Shown in pieces: positions 1 to 8,000 of a DNA stretch of 64,000 nucleotides (its first letter is position 1; the number at the start of each line of letters is the position of its first letter). The notes beneath the pieces were generated by a model. That model ran no database searches, was not told where the DNA came from, and was given only the letters and a program-made list of their open reading frames with translations. Source of the stretch: an uncultured Gemmatimonadales bacterium (GTDB lineage: Bacteria; Gemmatimonadota; Gemmatimonadetes; JACCXV01; JAHWKZ01); NCBI GenBank assembly GCA_947259315.1, contig CAMYLR010000008.1, positions 31,013 through 95,012 on the forward strand. The letters run 5' to 3'. The position numbers and the translations under genes are program-made.

Positions 1-732
1 CAGGTCTGCCAGGGCCTCGGCGAGACGCGGTTCCCTTTCCACCGTTGCCCCTCGTACGACAGGCGCGGCTTGATAGGGCGGGAAATAGCTCAGATCGTCA
101 TCGAGAACGACCAAATCCAGACCGGCGATCTGGCCGTCCGTGGAGTTGGCCACCGCGACGTCAATCTGGTCATCGGCCAATGCGCGATACATGAGACCCA
201 AGTCGAGTTGCCGTATTGAGCCAAACTCCAGCCCATACATCTCTCGAAGACCGGGATAGCCATCGGGCCGAGCCATGAACTCGGGGCCGAATCCAGCCAC
301 CAGATCGGCCCCCCGAGGAGCGAGGTCGGCGATCGATGCAAAGCCCTGCGCTTCAGCATCCGCTCGACGAACGACGAGCGCGAAGGTGTTCTCGAACCCT
401 AGTGGGTGTGTCCACTCGAGACCCCACCGTTCTCGATAAACACGGCGCACCGTCTGATACACTCGTTCGGGATCGGTGTCGACCGGGAGCTCAAGCACCG
501 CCGTAAGCGCGGTACCCGTGTATTCCACGTAGACGTCGATTTCACCATTCAACAGGGCGTGGTGGCAAACGAAGGTGCCACCCAGATGGAATCGACGCTC
601 GACCGAGACCCCACGCGCTTCCAACTCCTGAGCCACGATCTCGCCCAAAACGTTTTGCTCGGTGAAGTTCTTCGTGCCTACGACGACCGCATCGCTGGGA
701 GTGCAACCACCGAGCACCATCGTCGCGCACAT
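1..732 (-). CDS. Glycine betaine/choline (QAT-family) ABC transporter substrate-binding lipoprotein, partial; the 3' end runs off the window
   Basis: Manual translation of the minus strand from the ATG at 732 gives MCATMVLGGCTPSDAVVVGTKNFTEQNVLGEIVAQELEARGVSV... The LGGC lipobox and the KNFTEQ/ILGEI motifs are typical of OpuAC/OpuCC-type binding proteins. The frame stays open to position 1. The ORF track omits it because it has no in-window stop. The plus ORF 406..1149 is its shadow. Confidence 0.7.
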   Translation of the reverse strand, partial: MCATMVLGGCTPSDAVVVGTKNFTEQNVLGEIVAQELEARGVSVERRFHLGGTFVCHHALLNGEIDVYVEYTGTALTAVLELPVDTDPERVYQTVRRVYRERWGLEWTHPLGFENTFALVVRRADAEAQGFASIADLAPRGADLVAGFGPEFMARPDGYPGLREMYGLEFGSIRQLDLGLMYRALADDQIDVAVANSTDGQIAGLDLVVLDDDLSYFPPYQAAPVVRGATVEREPRLAEALADL

Positions 733-761
733 CGTGACGAGCGCGCGCCAAACGTGCTCGC

Positions 762-1433
762 TCAACGTTCGCGATCCCTAGTCGCGGCCGGCGTGGCCAG
801 CGTCAGCCTCTTCTCCATCGCGCCGAGCAAACCGTCCGCCAACAACGCCAAGAGCGCGGCTGGCAACGCGCCGGCCAGAATCACTGTGTCGTTGACCATC
901 GCCAGCCCCTGGAAGATGTACACACCAAGCCCACCAGCCCCGATAGCGGCTGCGATAGTAGCGATCCCCACCGACGTGACGGTGGCCACTCTGACACCGG
1001 CCAAGATTATTCCTGCTGAAAGTGGCAACTCGACGCGCATCAAGAGCTGCCGATCGGTCATTCCCATTCCCCGAGCCGCTTCGCGCAAGGCAGGGTCTGT
1101 TCCTCGAATTCCAGCGAACGTGTTGCGGACGATCGGAAGGATCGCGTAAAGGGTGAGCGCTACGATAGCGGTACTCGCACCCACCCCACCAAACAAGGGC
1201 AGTGGAATTAGAAAACCGAACATCGCCAGACTGGGAATCGTCTGGACGACATTGGCAAGCCCCATCACCGGTTTTTCCACGCGACCACTCCGTGTGGCCC
1301 AAACACCAAGCGGTACCCCGATCAAAATCGCCCCGCCGACGGAGATCGCTACGAGCAAAAGGTGTTCCGCCGTCAGATTAGCCATCTCTTGACGATGGTC
1401 GGTGGCGTAACGCCACAGATCAAACATCTCCAC
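762..1433 (-). CDS. Glycine betaine/choline ABC transporter permease (OpuBB/ProW-like)
   Basis: 223 aa multi-TM protein with the ABC permease EAA-like region (REAARGMGMTDRQLLMRVELPLS). It overlaps the upstream ATPase by 14 nt and abuts the SBP gene. Confidence 0.85.
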   Translation of the reverse strand: MEMFDLWRYATDHRQEMANLTAEHLLLVAISVGGAILIGVPLGVWATRSGRVEKPVMGLANVVQTIPSLAMFGFLIPLPLFGGVGASTAIVALTLYAILPIVRNTFAGIRGTDPALREAARGMGMTDRQLLMRVELPLSAGIILAGVRVATVTSVGIATIAAAIGAGGLGVYIFQGLAMVNDTVILAGALPAALLALLADGLLGAMEKRLTLATPAATRDRER

Positions 1434-2190
1434 CGCCTACCCGATCCCCGAAGATCTCGGCCAGCGCGTGGATCTCTGGGTGGTCTGTCTCGAGAAACGT
1501 GTCCGGTGTCTCTAGTGCGCCCAGCGTGCCAGCTGTCAGCAGGCCAATCCGATGTCCAACGCACAGCGCCTCACGCACATCGTGGGTAACGAACAGCGCG
1601 GCCTTGCCGAGCTGCCGCATGAGCGCCTTGAACTCTCGCTGAAGACTGGCTCGAGTGACTGGATCCAAGGCACCGAACGGCTCATCCAGTAACAGCAACG
1701 GCGGGTCAGCCGCCAGGGCTCGAGCGACGCCAACCCGCTGGCGCTCACCTCCGGAGAGCTGGTGGGGTCGGCGTGGTCCGTACGCGTCAGCGGGAAGACC
1801 CACCATGTCCAGCAGCGCTCGCGTGCGCTCCTGAATCCGGTCCGGATCCCATCCCAACAACTCCGGAACCAACCCCACGTTGCTGGCTACCGTCATGTGC
1901 GGAAAGAGGCCGATCTCTTGGATCACATAACCGGTGTTGCGGCGTAGCTCCACCGGATCCCAATCCGAGGTCAAACGACCGCCGACGCGCACGACACCCG
2001 CCGTCGGATCTAGCAGTCGGTTCACCAACTTCAGTACGGTCGTCTTCCCAGCCCCCGACCGACCGACGAGAACGATTGTCTCTCGCTCGTTGACCGTAAG
2101 CGAGAAACGATCGAGAATCGTGTGTCGACTATCGATCGAGTAGGTAACGGCCTCGAATTCGACCGGAATCGAGGTTGCGTGCGTATTCAC
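1420..2190 (-). CDS. ABC transporter ATP-binding protein (OpuCA/ProV-type, no CBS tail)
   Basis: Walker A GRSGAGKTT, signature LSGGERQRV, Walker B LLLLDEPFGALD, H-loop VTHD. GTG start. Confidence 0.85.
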   Translation of the reverse strand: MNTHATSIPVEFEAVTYSIDSRHTILDRFSLTVNERETIVLVGRSGAGKTTVLKLVNRLLDPTAGVVRVGGRLTSDWDPVELRRNTGYVIQEIGLFPHMTVASNVGLVPELLGWDPDRIQERTRALLDMVGLPADAYGPRRPHQLSGGERQRVGVARALAADPPLLLLDEPFGALDPVTRASLQREFKALMRQLGKAALFVTHDVREALCVGHRIGLLTAGTLGALETPDTFLETDHPEIHALAEIFGDRVGGGDV

Positions 2191-2200
2191 GTTTCGAAAC
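2191..2200. promoter_or_regulatory. Perfect 10-bp palindrome GTTTCGAAAC in the 24-bp divergent intergenic region; a candidate operator
   Basis: Read directly: gtttcgaaac is followed by the AT-rich taatata, then gggagcc, then the ATG of the egtD-egtB fusion. It is the only non-coding DNA between the divergent ABC operon and the egt gene. Confidence 0.3.
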
Positions 2201-2214
2201 TAATATAGGGAGCC

Positions 2215-4572
2215 ATGGCGACGGTCACCCAAGCGGTCGAGCTGCTTTTCGCCCGTCCCGGAGCGCCACCGTTCACCACACGACGGGGTGACGGGTGGGT
2301 CGTCCACGTCGACCAAACACCCACGTCCGAAGAAGCCTTCGCCTACAGCGTAGCTCGCGGTCTCTCCGACCATCCGCGATGGCTTCACTGTCGATACCTC
2401 TACGACGAGACCGGCAGTGAGTTGTTCACCAAGATCACCGAGCAACCCGAATACTACCTGACCCAGGCAGAAAACCAGATACTGAAGAAGCAGGCGGATG
2501 AAATCCGCGAGGCGGTGGGTCCGCTACCCCTCATGGAACTTGGTGCTGGTACCGCGGTCAAGACGCAGCAACTTCTCAAGGCGTGGCTCGAGACCGATGG
2601 GGTTGCTGAGTACTTGCCGCTCGATATCGACCCTTCCGTCCTGACCCAGGCGGCCGAGCGACTCACGACCGAGCTACCGGGACTATCCGTCACCGGGCTC
2701 GCAACATCCTACGAGCGCGGGCTCGATCTGTTGGGCAAGCACCAACCGCTCTGTCTGGTCTTTCTGGGTTCGTCGATCGGGAACTTCAATCTCGAACAAA
2801 CAGATATGTTCTTGGCGCGACTTCGAGCGTGCCTCTCGCCCGATGACACATTCCTGCTCGGCGTCGACTTGGTCAAGGATATCCCGCAGTTAGAAGCCGC
2901 TTACAACGACGCCGAGGGCGTGAGCGAGGCTTTTACCCGCAACCTGTTTCATCGGATGAATCGCGAGCTGGAGTCCAACGTCCCGGTCGATGCGATCGAC
3001 CACGTCGCTTTCTGGAACGATCGATTGCAGCGTATCGAGATATACGCCCAATTCCAGGAGGAAGTGCGGGTCGAGCTTCCGTCGATCGACCGAAGGTTTC
3101 GGGTGGCGGCCGGCGAGATGGTCCTCACCGAAATCAGCCGCAAATACCAACTGGCGAAAATCGAGTCCGACTTGGCGCGGTTCGGTTTCCAGTTGGAGAG
3201 AGCGTTCACCGACGATGAGCAACGTTTTGGCTTGCTGCTGTCCCGCCGCATCGCTCCCACCGGCGGACCACCGCCATGGACACCTTTTGCAGCCGGGCTC
3301 CGTGCAGCGCGCAGTCAGACGCTCAGGCTCCTGAGCAGTCTGAGCGACGACCAGCTCAAGCAACAGGTTCTCCCGATCTTGAGCCCGATAGCCTGGGACC
3401 TGGGTCACATAGCCGAGTTTGAGGAGTTGTGGTTGGTCAACGCGATCGATGGGCTAAGCGAGAACGCTGACGTGCACGACCGACTCTCCAAAGATTACGA
3501 TGCGATCGCCACCCCACGTGGAGTTCGTGGGCAGCTCGAGCTCCCGGCAAGCCCCGACATAATGGGTCAGCTAAGAAACGTGCGGCGCGAGGCCCTGAGG
3601 CGCGCCCGCGAGGTAGACCTCGACGTGGACCAACGACTGACGAAGGACGGCTTCGTATACCACATGGTTGTCCAACACGAGCAACAACATCAGGAGACGA
3701 TACTCCAGTCCATCGCGCGGATGGAAAACTTCGTGTACGAGCCAGCTTACGGAGAGAGGCCGCCAAAAACGACCTTGCCACCAGACACCGAGATGGTCGT
3801 TATCCCGTCAGGGTTATTTCCAATGGGCACAGATCGAGAGGCCGATACCTACGACAACGAACGCCCCCCCCACTGGGTGGACGTCGATGGGTTCTGGATC
3901 GATACCGCGCCGGTGACAGCCGGGCAGTTTCTCGAGTTTTTCGACCGCGGGGGTTACCAACGACGTGAATGGTGGTCCGAGGAGGGCTGGGCGTGGCGCA
4001 CAGAGCATGAGATCGAGCGCCCGCTCGGCTGGCGGCGCTCGGAAATCGGCTGGGAGGCGATCGAGTTTGGACGCATCGAGCCCCTCGTTCCCACACGACC
4101 CGTACAGCACATCTCGTGGTACGAGGCATGCGCCTACGCGCGCTCGGTGTCCAAGCGACTGCCAACCGAAGCCGAGTGGGAGAAGGCTGCTGCCTGGGAC
4201 CCCGAAGTGCGGCTTACGCGCCGCTTCCCGTGGGGTGACAGCCCACCTGAGTCACATCACGCCAACCTCGGTGCCGACATCTTTGGTCCCGCCCCCGTCG
4301 GCGCTTTTCCCGCCGGTCGTTCCTTCTTTGGCTGTCACCAAATGCTCGGTGACGTCTGGGAATGGACGGCCAGCGAGATGGAGGCGTACCCTGGCTTTGA
4401 GGCCTACCCGTACCCGGAATACTCCCAAGTGCACTTCGGCCAGGGCCACCGGGTTCTTCGCGGAGGGTCATGGGCCACCGGCCGATCGGTCGCCAGGAAT
4501 ACTTTCCGCAACTGGGATCTCCCCCAGCGGCGCCAAATCTTCGCTGGTTTTCGCTGCGCCCGGGACGCTTGA
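2215..4572 (+). CDS. egtD-egtB: Fused ergothioneine biosynthesis protein: N-terminal histidine N-alpha-methyltransferase (EgtD) plus C-terminal hercynine oxygenase / sulfoxide synthase (EgtB); fungal Egt1-like architecture
   Basis: N-terminal half: YLYDETGSELFTKITEQPEYYLTQAENQIL, LMELGAGTAVKT, LVFLGSSIGNF and LLGVDLVKD match EgtD. C-terminal half: the DinB_2-like IAWDLGHIAEFEELWLV, then the FGE-sulfatase domain with RVLRGGSWAT, FRNW and GFRCARDA, matches EgtB. Confidence 0.85.
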   Translation: MATVTQAVELLFARPGAPPFTTRRGDGWVVHVDQTPTSEEAFAYSVARGLSDHPRWLHCRYLYDETGSELFTKITEQPEYYLTQAENQILKKQADEIREAVGPLPLMELGAGTAVKTQQLLKAWLETDGVAEYLPLDIDPSVLTQAAERLTTELPGLSVTGLATSYERGLDLLGKHQPLCLVFLGSSIGNFNLEQTDMFLARLRACLSPDDTFLLGVDLVKDIPQLEAAYNDAEGVSEAFTRNLFHRMNRELESNVPVDAIDHVAFWNDRLQRIEIYAQFQEEVRVELPSIDRRFRVAAGEMVLTEISRKYQLAKIESDLARFGFQLERAFTDDEQRFGLLLSRRIAPTGGPPPWTPFAAGLRAARSQTLRLLSSLSDDQLKQQVLPILSPIAWDLGHIAEFEELWLVNAIDGLSENADVHDRLSKDYDAIATPRGVRGQLELPASPDIMGQLRNVRREALRRAREVDLDVDQRLTKDGFVYHMVVQHEQQHQETILQSIARMENFVYEPAYGERPPKTTLPPDTEMVVIPSGLFPMGTDREADTYDNERPPHWVDVDGFWIDTAPVTAGQFLEFFDRGGYQRREWWSEEGWAWRTEHEIERPLGWRRSEIGWEAIEFGRIEPLVPTRPVQHISWYEACAYARSVSKRLPTEAEWEKAAAWDPEVRLTRRFPWGDSPPESHHANLGADIFGPAPVGAFPAGRSFFGCHQMLGDVWEWTASEMEAYPGFEAYPYPEYSQVHFGQGHRVLRGGSWATGRSVARNTFRNWDLPQRRQIFAGFRCARDA

Positions 4573-5606
4573 TCGGGCCCGGAGAGCTCGCTAAACGACT
4601 GGCAGGGTTGGCGCTCAACATCGATGAGTGTCGGATCGAGGTCGGCTCGGTTCCGACCGTCGGTTATTACGATGGAGCGCCCCGACCCACCGGCACGATC
4701 TCGTTGATCGGCGGCCATGATGTCGGTCGCGGTGAGAACGTCGATTGGACTCCGGAAGATCAGGCAGCGTTCAGGGACGCCGTGCAAGACAAGGTTCCCA
4801 TCGGATCAACAACGGTCGGCGATCTGACCCAGCGACTGGAAGGCGACCTTGTCGCGCATCACCGAGCGGCGATCGAAGCGGCAGCTATCGACTTGGCGTT
4901 ACGTCAAGCCGGAAGCAACCCTTTTGTTGTGGCTGGTTTGCCGGCGAAACCGGTGACTTTTTGTTGGTCGATTGGTCACGATTTGGCAACCACCGCCGGC
5001 GGACTGTTACAGGCGGTGCGCGCAACTCTGGAAGCCGAACCAGGCGCGCGCTTCAAGCTCGACGTGCCGGCTGAAGGTTGGCCCGAGTCGATGTGGTCGG
5101 AGCTTGCCACGATTGGCCGGGTGCGGACCGTCGATTTCAAACGCCAAGGCTCACCCGGCTCTGTAGCGCTTGCGCATCAGTACTTGCCTGAGGCTTGGCT
5201 GGAAGACCCACCCTTGGAAGCGCTCGAGGACGACAGCGAACAGTCACACGCGTGGGCCGACCGGGTAGCCGTCGATGGTTACGTGACGCGAGTCGCCGAT
5301 TTGGCCGTATTACCCTTTCGACCGACGGCGATCAACGTGAAAGCGCCGCGCATGGGCGGCCCACTCGAGGCCCTTCGCTGTATAGATCTATGTTGTCAAA
5401 GCGGCTGGGCGTGTTACATCGGTGGGATGTTCGAGGTCGGTCCGGGTCGGCTTCAGGCTCGCGTTTTGGCTTCGCTCTTCAGCAGTAGCCAATGGAACGA
5501 CCTCGCGCCGATACGCGTCTGTGATTCGGATCCGTATCCGCCAAGTCCGTTACCGATGTCATCCGGTTTTCGTGGCTTCGGGGAAGCAACCGTTATGGCC
5601 GACTAG
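4569..5606 (+). CDS. Enolase-superfamily protein (mandelate racemase / muconate lactonizing enzyme subgroup, o-succinylbenzoate synthase-like)
   Basis: N-terminal capping-domain signature AAIEAAAIDLALRQAG. Barrel motifs VRTVDFKRQ, WLEDP, INVKAPRMGG and YIGGMFEVGPG. The start is uncertain. The longest ORF begins at ATG 4470 (103 nt overlap with egtDB). TTG 4569 overlaps the egtDB stop as TTGA. TTG 4608 is also possible. Confidence 0.6.
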   Translation: MIGPGELAKRLAGLALNIDECRIEVGSVPTVGYYDGAPRPTGTISLIGGHDVGRGENVDWTPEDQAAFRDAVQDKVPIGSTTVGDLTQRLEGDLVAHHRAAIEAAAIDLALRQAGSNPFVVAGLPAKPVTFCWSIGHDLATTAGGLLQAVRATLEAEPGARFKLDVPAEGWPESMWSELATIGRVRTVDFKRQGSPGSVALAHQYLPEAWLEDPPLEALEDDSEQSHAWADRVAVDGYVTRVADLAVLPFRPTAINVKAPRMGGPLEALRCIDLCCQSGWACYIGGMFEVGPGRLQARVLASLFSSSQWNDLAPIRVCDSDPYPPSPLPMSSGFRGFGEATVMAD

Positions 5607-7546
5607 CTAGTAGTCGCTCCAGGCTGAGGCGCCGCACCCTCGTCCGCTATTCGGCGCGCAAAGTGATCGATCTCCATCGACCCCAGCTCGCCTTCGGCGT
5701 GGGATCGAACGCTCACATGCCCAATTCCCAACTCGCGCTCGCCGACCACGACCATGTAAGGGGTCTTTTGTGTTTCGGCATCTCGGACCTTGTAGCCCAC
5801 GCCCTCTCTGCGGTCATCGACGTGCACCCGGATCGCGTGGCGCTTCAGGTGGGCGGCGACCGTCTCGGCATAATCGTTGAACTGATCGCTGACCGGAATG
5901 ATGCGCACCTGCTCTGGCGCCAACCAGGTTGGGAAGGCGCCCCCATAGTGCTCGATGAGCACGCCGAGGAAACGCTCGATCGATCCCAAGATCGTTCGAT
6001 GGATCACAACCGGTTGCTGCTCGGTTCCATCCGAAGCGGTGTAGTGCAGATCAAACCGCTCGGCCAAGTTGAAATCCAGCTGGACCGTCGCTAGCTGCCA
6101 TTGACGACCGAGCGCATCAGTTGCCTGGAAGTCGATCTTCGGGCCGTAGAACGCCCCTTCGCCAACGCCAATGGTGAAGTCGCGCTCGTTCTCGACCAAC
6201 GCCTGTTCGAGCACCGCCTCGGCGCGATCCCACATCGCCTCTGTACCGATGAACGTATCTGGGCGAGTCGACAGCTCGATCGCGATCTCGAAACCGAACA
6301 CGTCGCCGAGCACGAACTCTATGAGCCCGAGCAACGACGTTACCTCAGCTTGTATCTGATCAGGCGTACAGAAGATATGCGCATCGTCTTGAACGAAGGT
6401 ACGCACTCGCAGGAGACCGCTGATGACGCCCGATTTCTCGTATCGATGTAGTCGACCGAAGTCGGCATATCGGATCGGTAGGTCACGATACGATCGCTTT
6501 CGGCTCGCGTACACGAACGTCGATGCCGGACAGTTCATCGGCTTTACCGCCAGCTCGCGATCGTCCGCCGCCGTGAAGTACATGTGCTCACGGTAGTTGT
6601 CGTAGTGCCCCGAGCGGTGCCAGAGCTCGACGTCGTAGATCTGAGGCGTGACGATCTCCTCGTGCGGCCATTCGGTTTCGAACAGCTCGCGCATAAAGCT
6701 CTGCAAGCGATTGTAGATCCAGGCGCCCTTGGGGTGAAAGTATGGGCTGGCTGGCGCGTTGGAATGGAACGAGAAAAGGTCCAGCTCGCGCCCAAGCCGC
6801 CGATGATCGCGGGCTTTGGCCTCCTCGATCCGCTCCAGGTGTTGCTGCAACTCGGCTTTGTCGAAGAAAGCTGTCCCATAGATGCGGGTCAGCATCTTGT
6901 TTCGCTCGTCGCCACGCCAATAAGCTCCTGCAGTGGACAACAGCCGGAACGTCCCCAGCCTTCCAGTAGCCGGCACATGCGGGCCGCGACAGAGATCCAC
7001 CCACTCCCCCTGACGGTACAGCGTCAGCGTCTCACCCGCGGGCAGGTCCTCGATGATCTCGATCTTGTAGGGCTCATCCAGCTCGCGAAACAAGGCCAAT
7101 GCTTCATCCCGGGACACGACTTCGCGCTCAATACCCAGGTCCTCCTTGACGATCTTGGCCATCTCGGCCTCGATCGCCTCGAAGTCTTCAGGCGTGAACG
7201 GCGTGTCGCGGTCGAAATCGTAGTAGAACCCGTCAGCTATGACGGGACCGATCGTGACTTTGACTTCGGGCCACAGCCGCTGCACCGCCTGCGCCATGAG
7301 ATGCGCCGTGGAGTGTCGGAATATGTCCAGCGCTTCGGGATCACGGCGGGTCAAGATCCGGAGCTTAGAATCACCCTCCAGCGGTCTACCCAGGTCGTAC
7401 GGCTGCCCGTCCACCTCGGCGGCCAACGCCGCCCGAGCTAAACCGGCACCGATTCGACTAGCGACGTCGAGCGGAGTCGAACCGGCAGCTACCTCGAGCG
7501 TGGCCCCGTCCGGCAGAGCCACCGTTGTGGTCTTGTTATTGGTCAT
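5603..7546 (-). CDS. thrS: Threonine--tRNA ligase
   Basis: 647 aa. N-terminal TGS domain, HSTAHLMAQA, class II aaRS core and a C-terminal anticodon-binding domain. Confidence 0.95.
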   Translation of the reverse strand: MTNNKTTTVALPDGATLEVAAGSTPLDVASRIGAGLARAALAAEVDGQPYDLGRPLEGDSKLRILTRRDPEALDIFRHSTAHLMAQAVQRLWPEVKVTIGPVIADGFYYDFDRDTPFTPEDFEAIEAEMAKIVKEDLGIEREVVSRDEALALFRELDEPYKIEIIEDLPAGETLTLYRQGEWVDLCRGPHVPATGRLGTFRLLSTAGAYWRGDERNKMLTRIYGTAFFDKAELQQHLERIEEAKARDHRRLGRELDLFSFHSNAPASPYFHPKGAWIYNRLQSFMRELFETEWPHEEIVTPQIYDVELWHRSGHYDNYREHMYFTAADDRELAVKPMNCPASTFVYASRKRSYRDLPIRYADFGRLHRYEKSGVISGLLRVRTFVQDDAHIFCTPDQIQAEVTSLLGLIEFVLGDVFGFEIAIELSTRPDTFIGTEAMWDRAEAVLEQALVENERDFTIGVGEGAFYGPKIDFQATDALGRQWQLATVQLDFNLAERFDLHYTASDGTEQQPVVIHRTILGSIERFLGVLIEHYGGAFPTWLAPEQVRIIPVSDQFNDYAETVAAHLKRHAIRVHVDDRREGVGYKVRDAETQKTPYMVVVGERELGIGHVSVRSHAEGELGSMEIDHFARRIADEGAAPQPGATTS

Positions 7547-7628
7547 GACTTGGCGAAGCTACGCCGCGTTTCTGGGACCGGCAAAAACAGTGTTGCGGTT
7601 CAGTCGCGCGATCCTCGGCAACGACGGC

Positions 7629-8000
7629 CTAGGTCACGGTTGCGGGTCCAAGCCAGCCCCAGCGCTCGAGATCAACGCTGCCGTCGGCATCGAACTCGAC
7701 ACCTTCCCGCTCCAGCAGCGCGCGTTGAAGCTCCGGTGGGATTCCGACTTTGCCGATCGAGATCTCCCCGCGCACGTTGATCACCCGCTGCCACGGAACG
7801 TCGGCGTCCTCCGGAAGCGCGTGTAGCGCCCACCCCACCGTCCTTGCCGCTCTGGGCTTGCCGCACAACGCGGCTATGTGACCGTAGGTCGCCACTCTCC
7901 CCGGCGGAATCCGGCGAACCATCGCGTAAACATCATCGTAGAACGAGGACCCAGATCGCTTGGCTCCGCCGTGGTCACGTGCCGAAACTGCGCGTCCCAT
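7629..8000 (-). CDS. atl: Alkyltransferase-like protein (Atl; MGMT DNA-binding domain with Trp in place of the acceptor Cys)
   Basis: YGHIAALCG and VPWQRVINVRGEIS, compared with the MGMT motif PCHRV. The PWxRV form is the ATL hallmark. Start-stop overlap with the upstream dehydrogenase. Confidence 0.7.
   Translation of the reverse strand: MGRAVSARDHGGAKRSGSSFYDDVYAMVRRIPPGRVATYGHIAALCGKPRAARTVGWALHALPEDADVPWQRVINVRGEISIGKVGIPPELQRALLEREGVEFDADGSVDLERWGWLGPATVT

Noticed and set aside
406-1149. 247-aa plus-strand ORF
   Set aside because: Antisense shadow of the SBP and permease genes of the betaine ABC operon. No recognisable motifs; typical high-GC shadow ORF.
6584-7441. 285-aa plus ORF, and other 100-300 aa ORFs antisense to thrS, bamA, clpC, mcsB, lolE, the TonB receptor, purB, fabD and the ndk/EIIA genes (e.g. 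7844..8776, 13740..14693, 20924..21511, 23655..24542, 26225..26968, 35526..36227, 53524..54396, 58442..59143, 62612..63280)
   Set aside because: All lie entirely inside well-supported genes on the opposite strand. They are Arg/Pro/Ser-rich low-complexity translations characteristic of GC-rich shadow frames.
7547-7628. Possible T-box or leader upstream of thrS (and similarly lysS, trpS)
   Set aside because: The gaps are under 90 bp or absent, with no specifier-loop or T-box-like conserved sequence. These synthetase genes sit inside operons.
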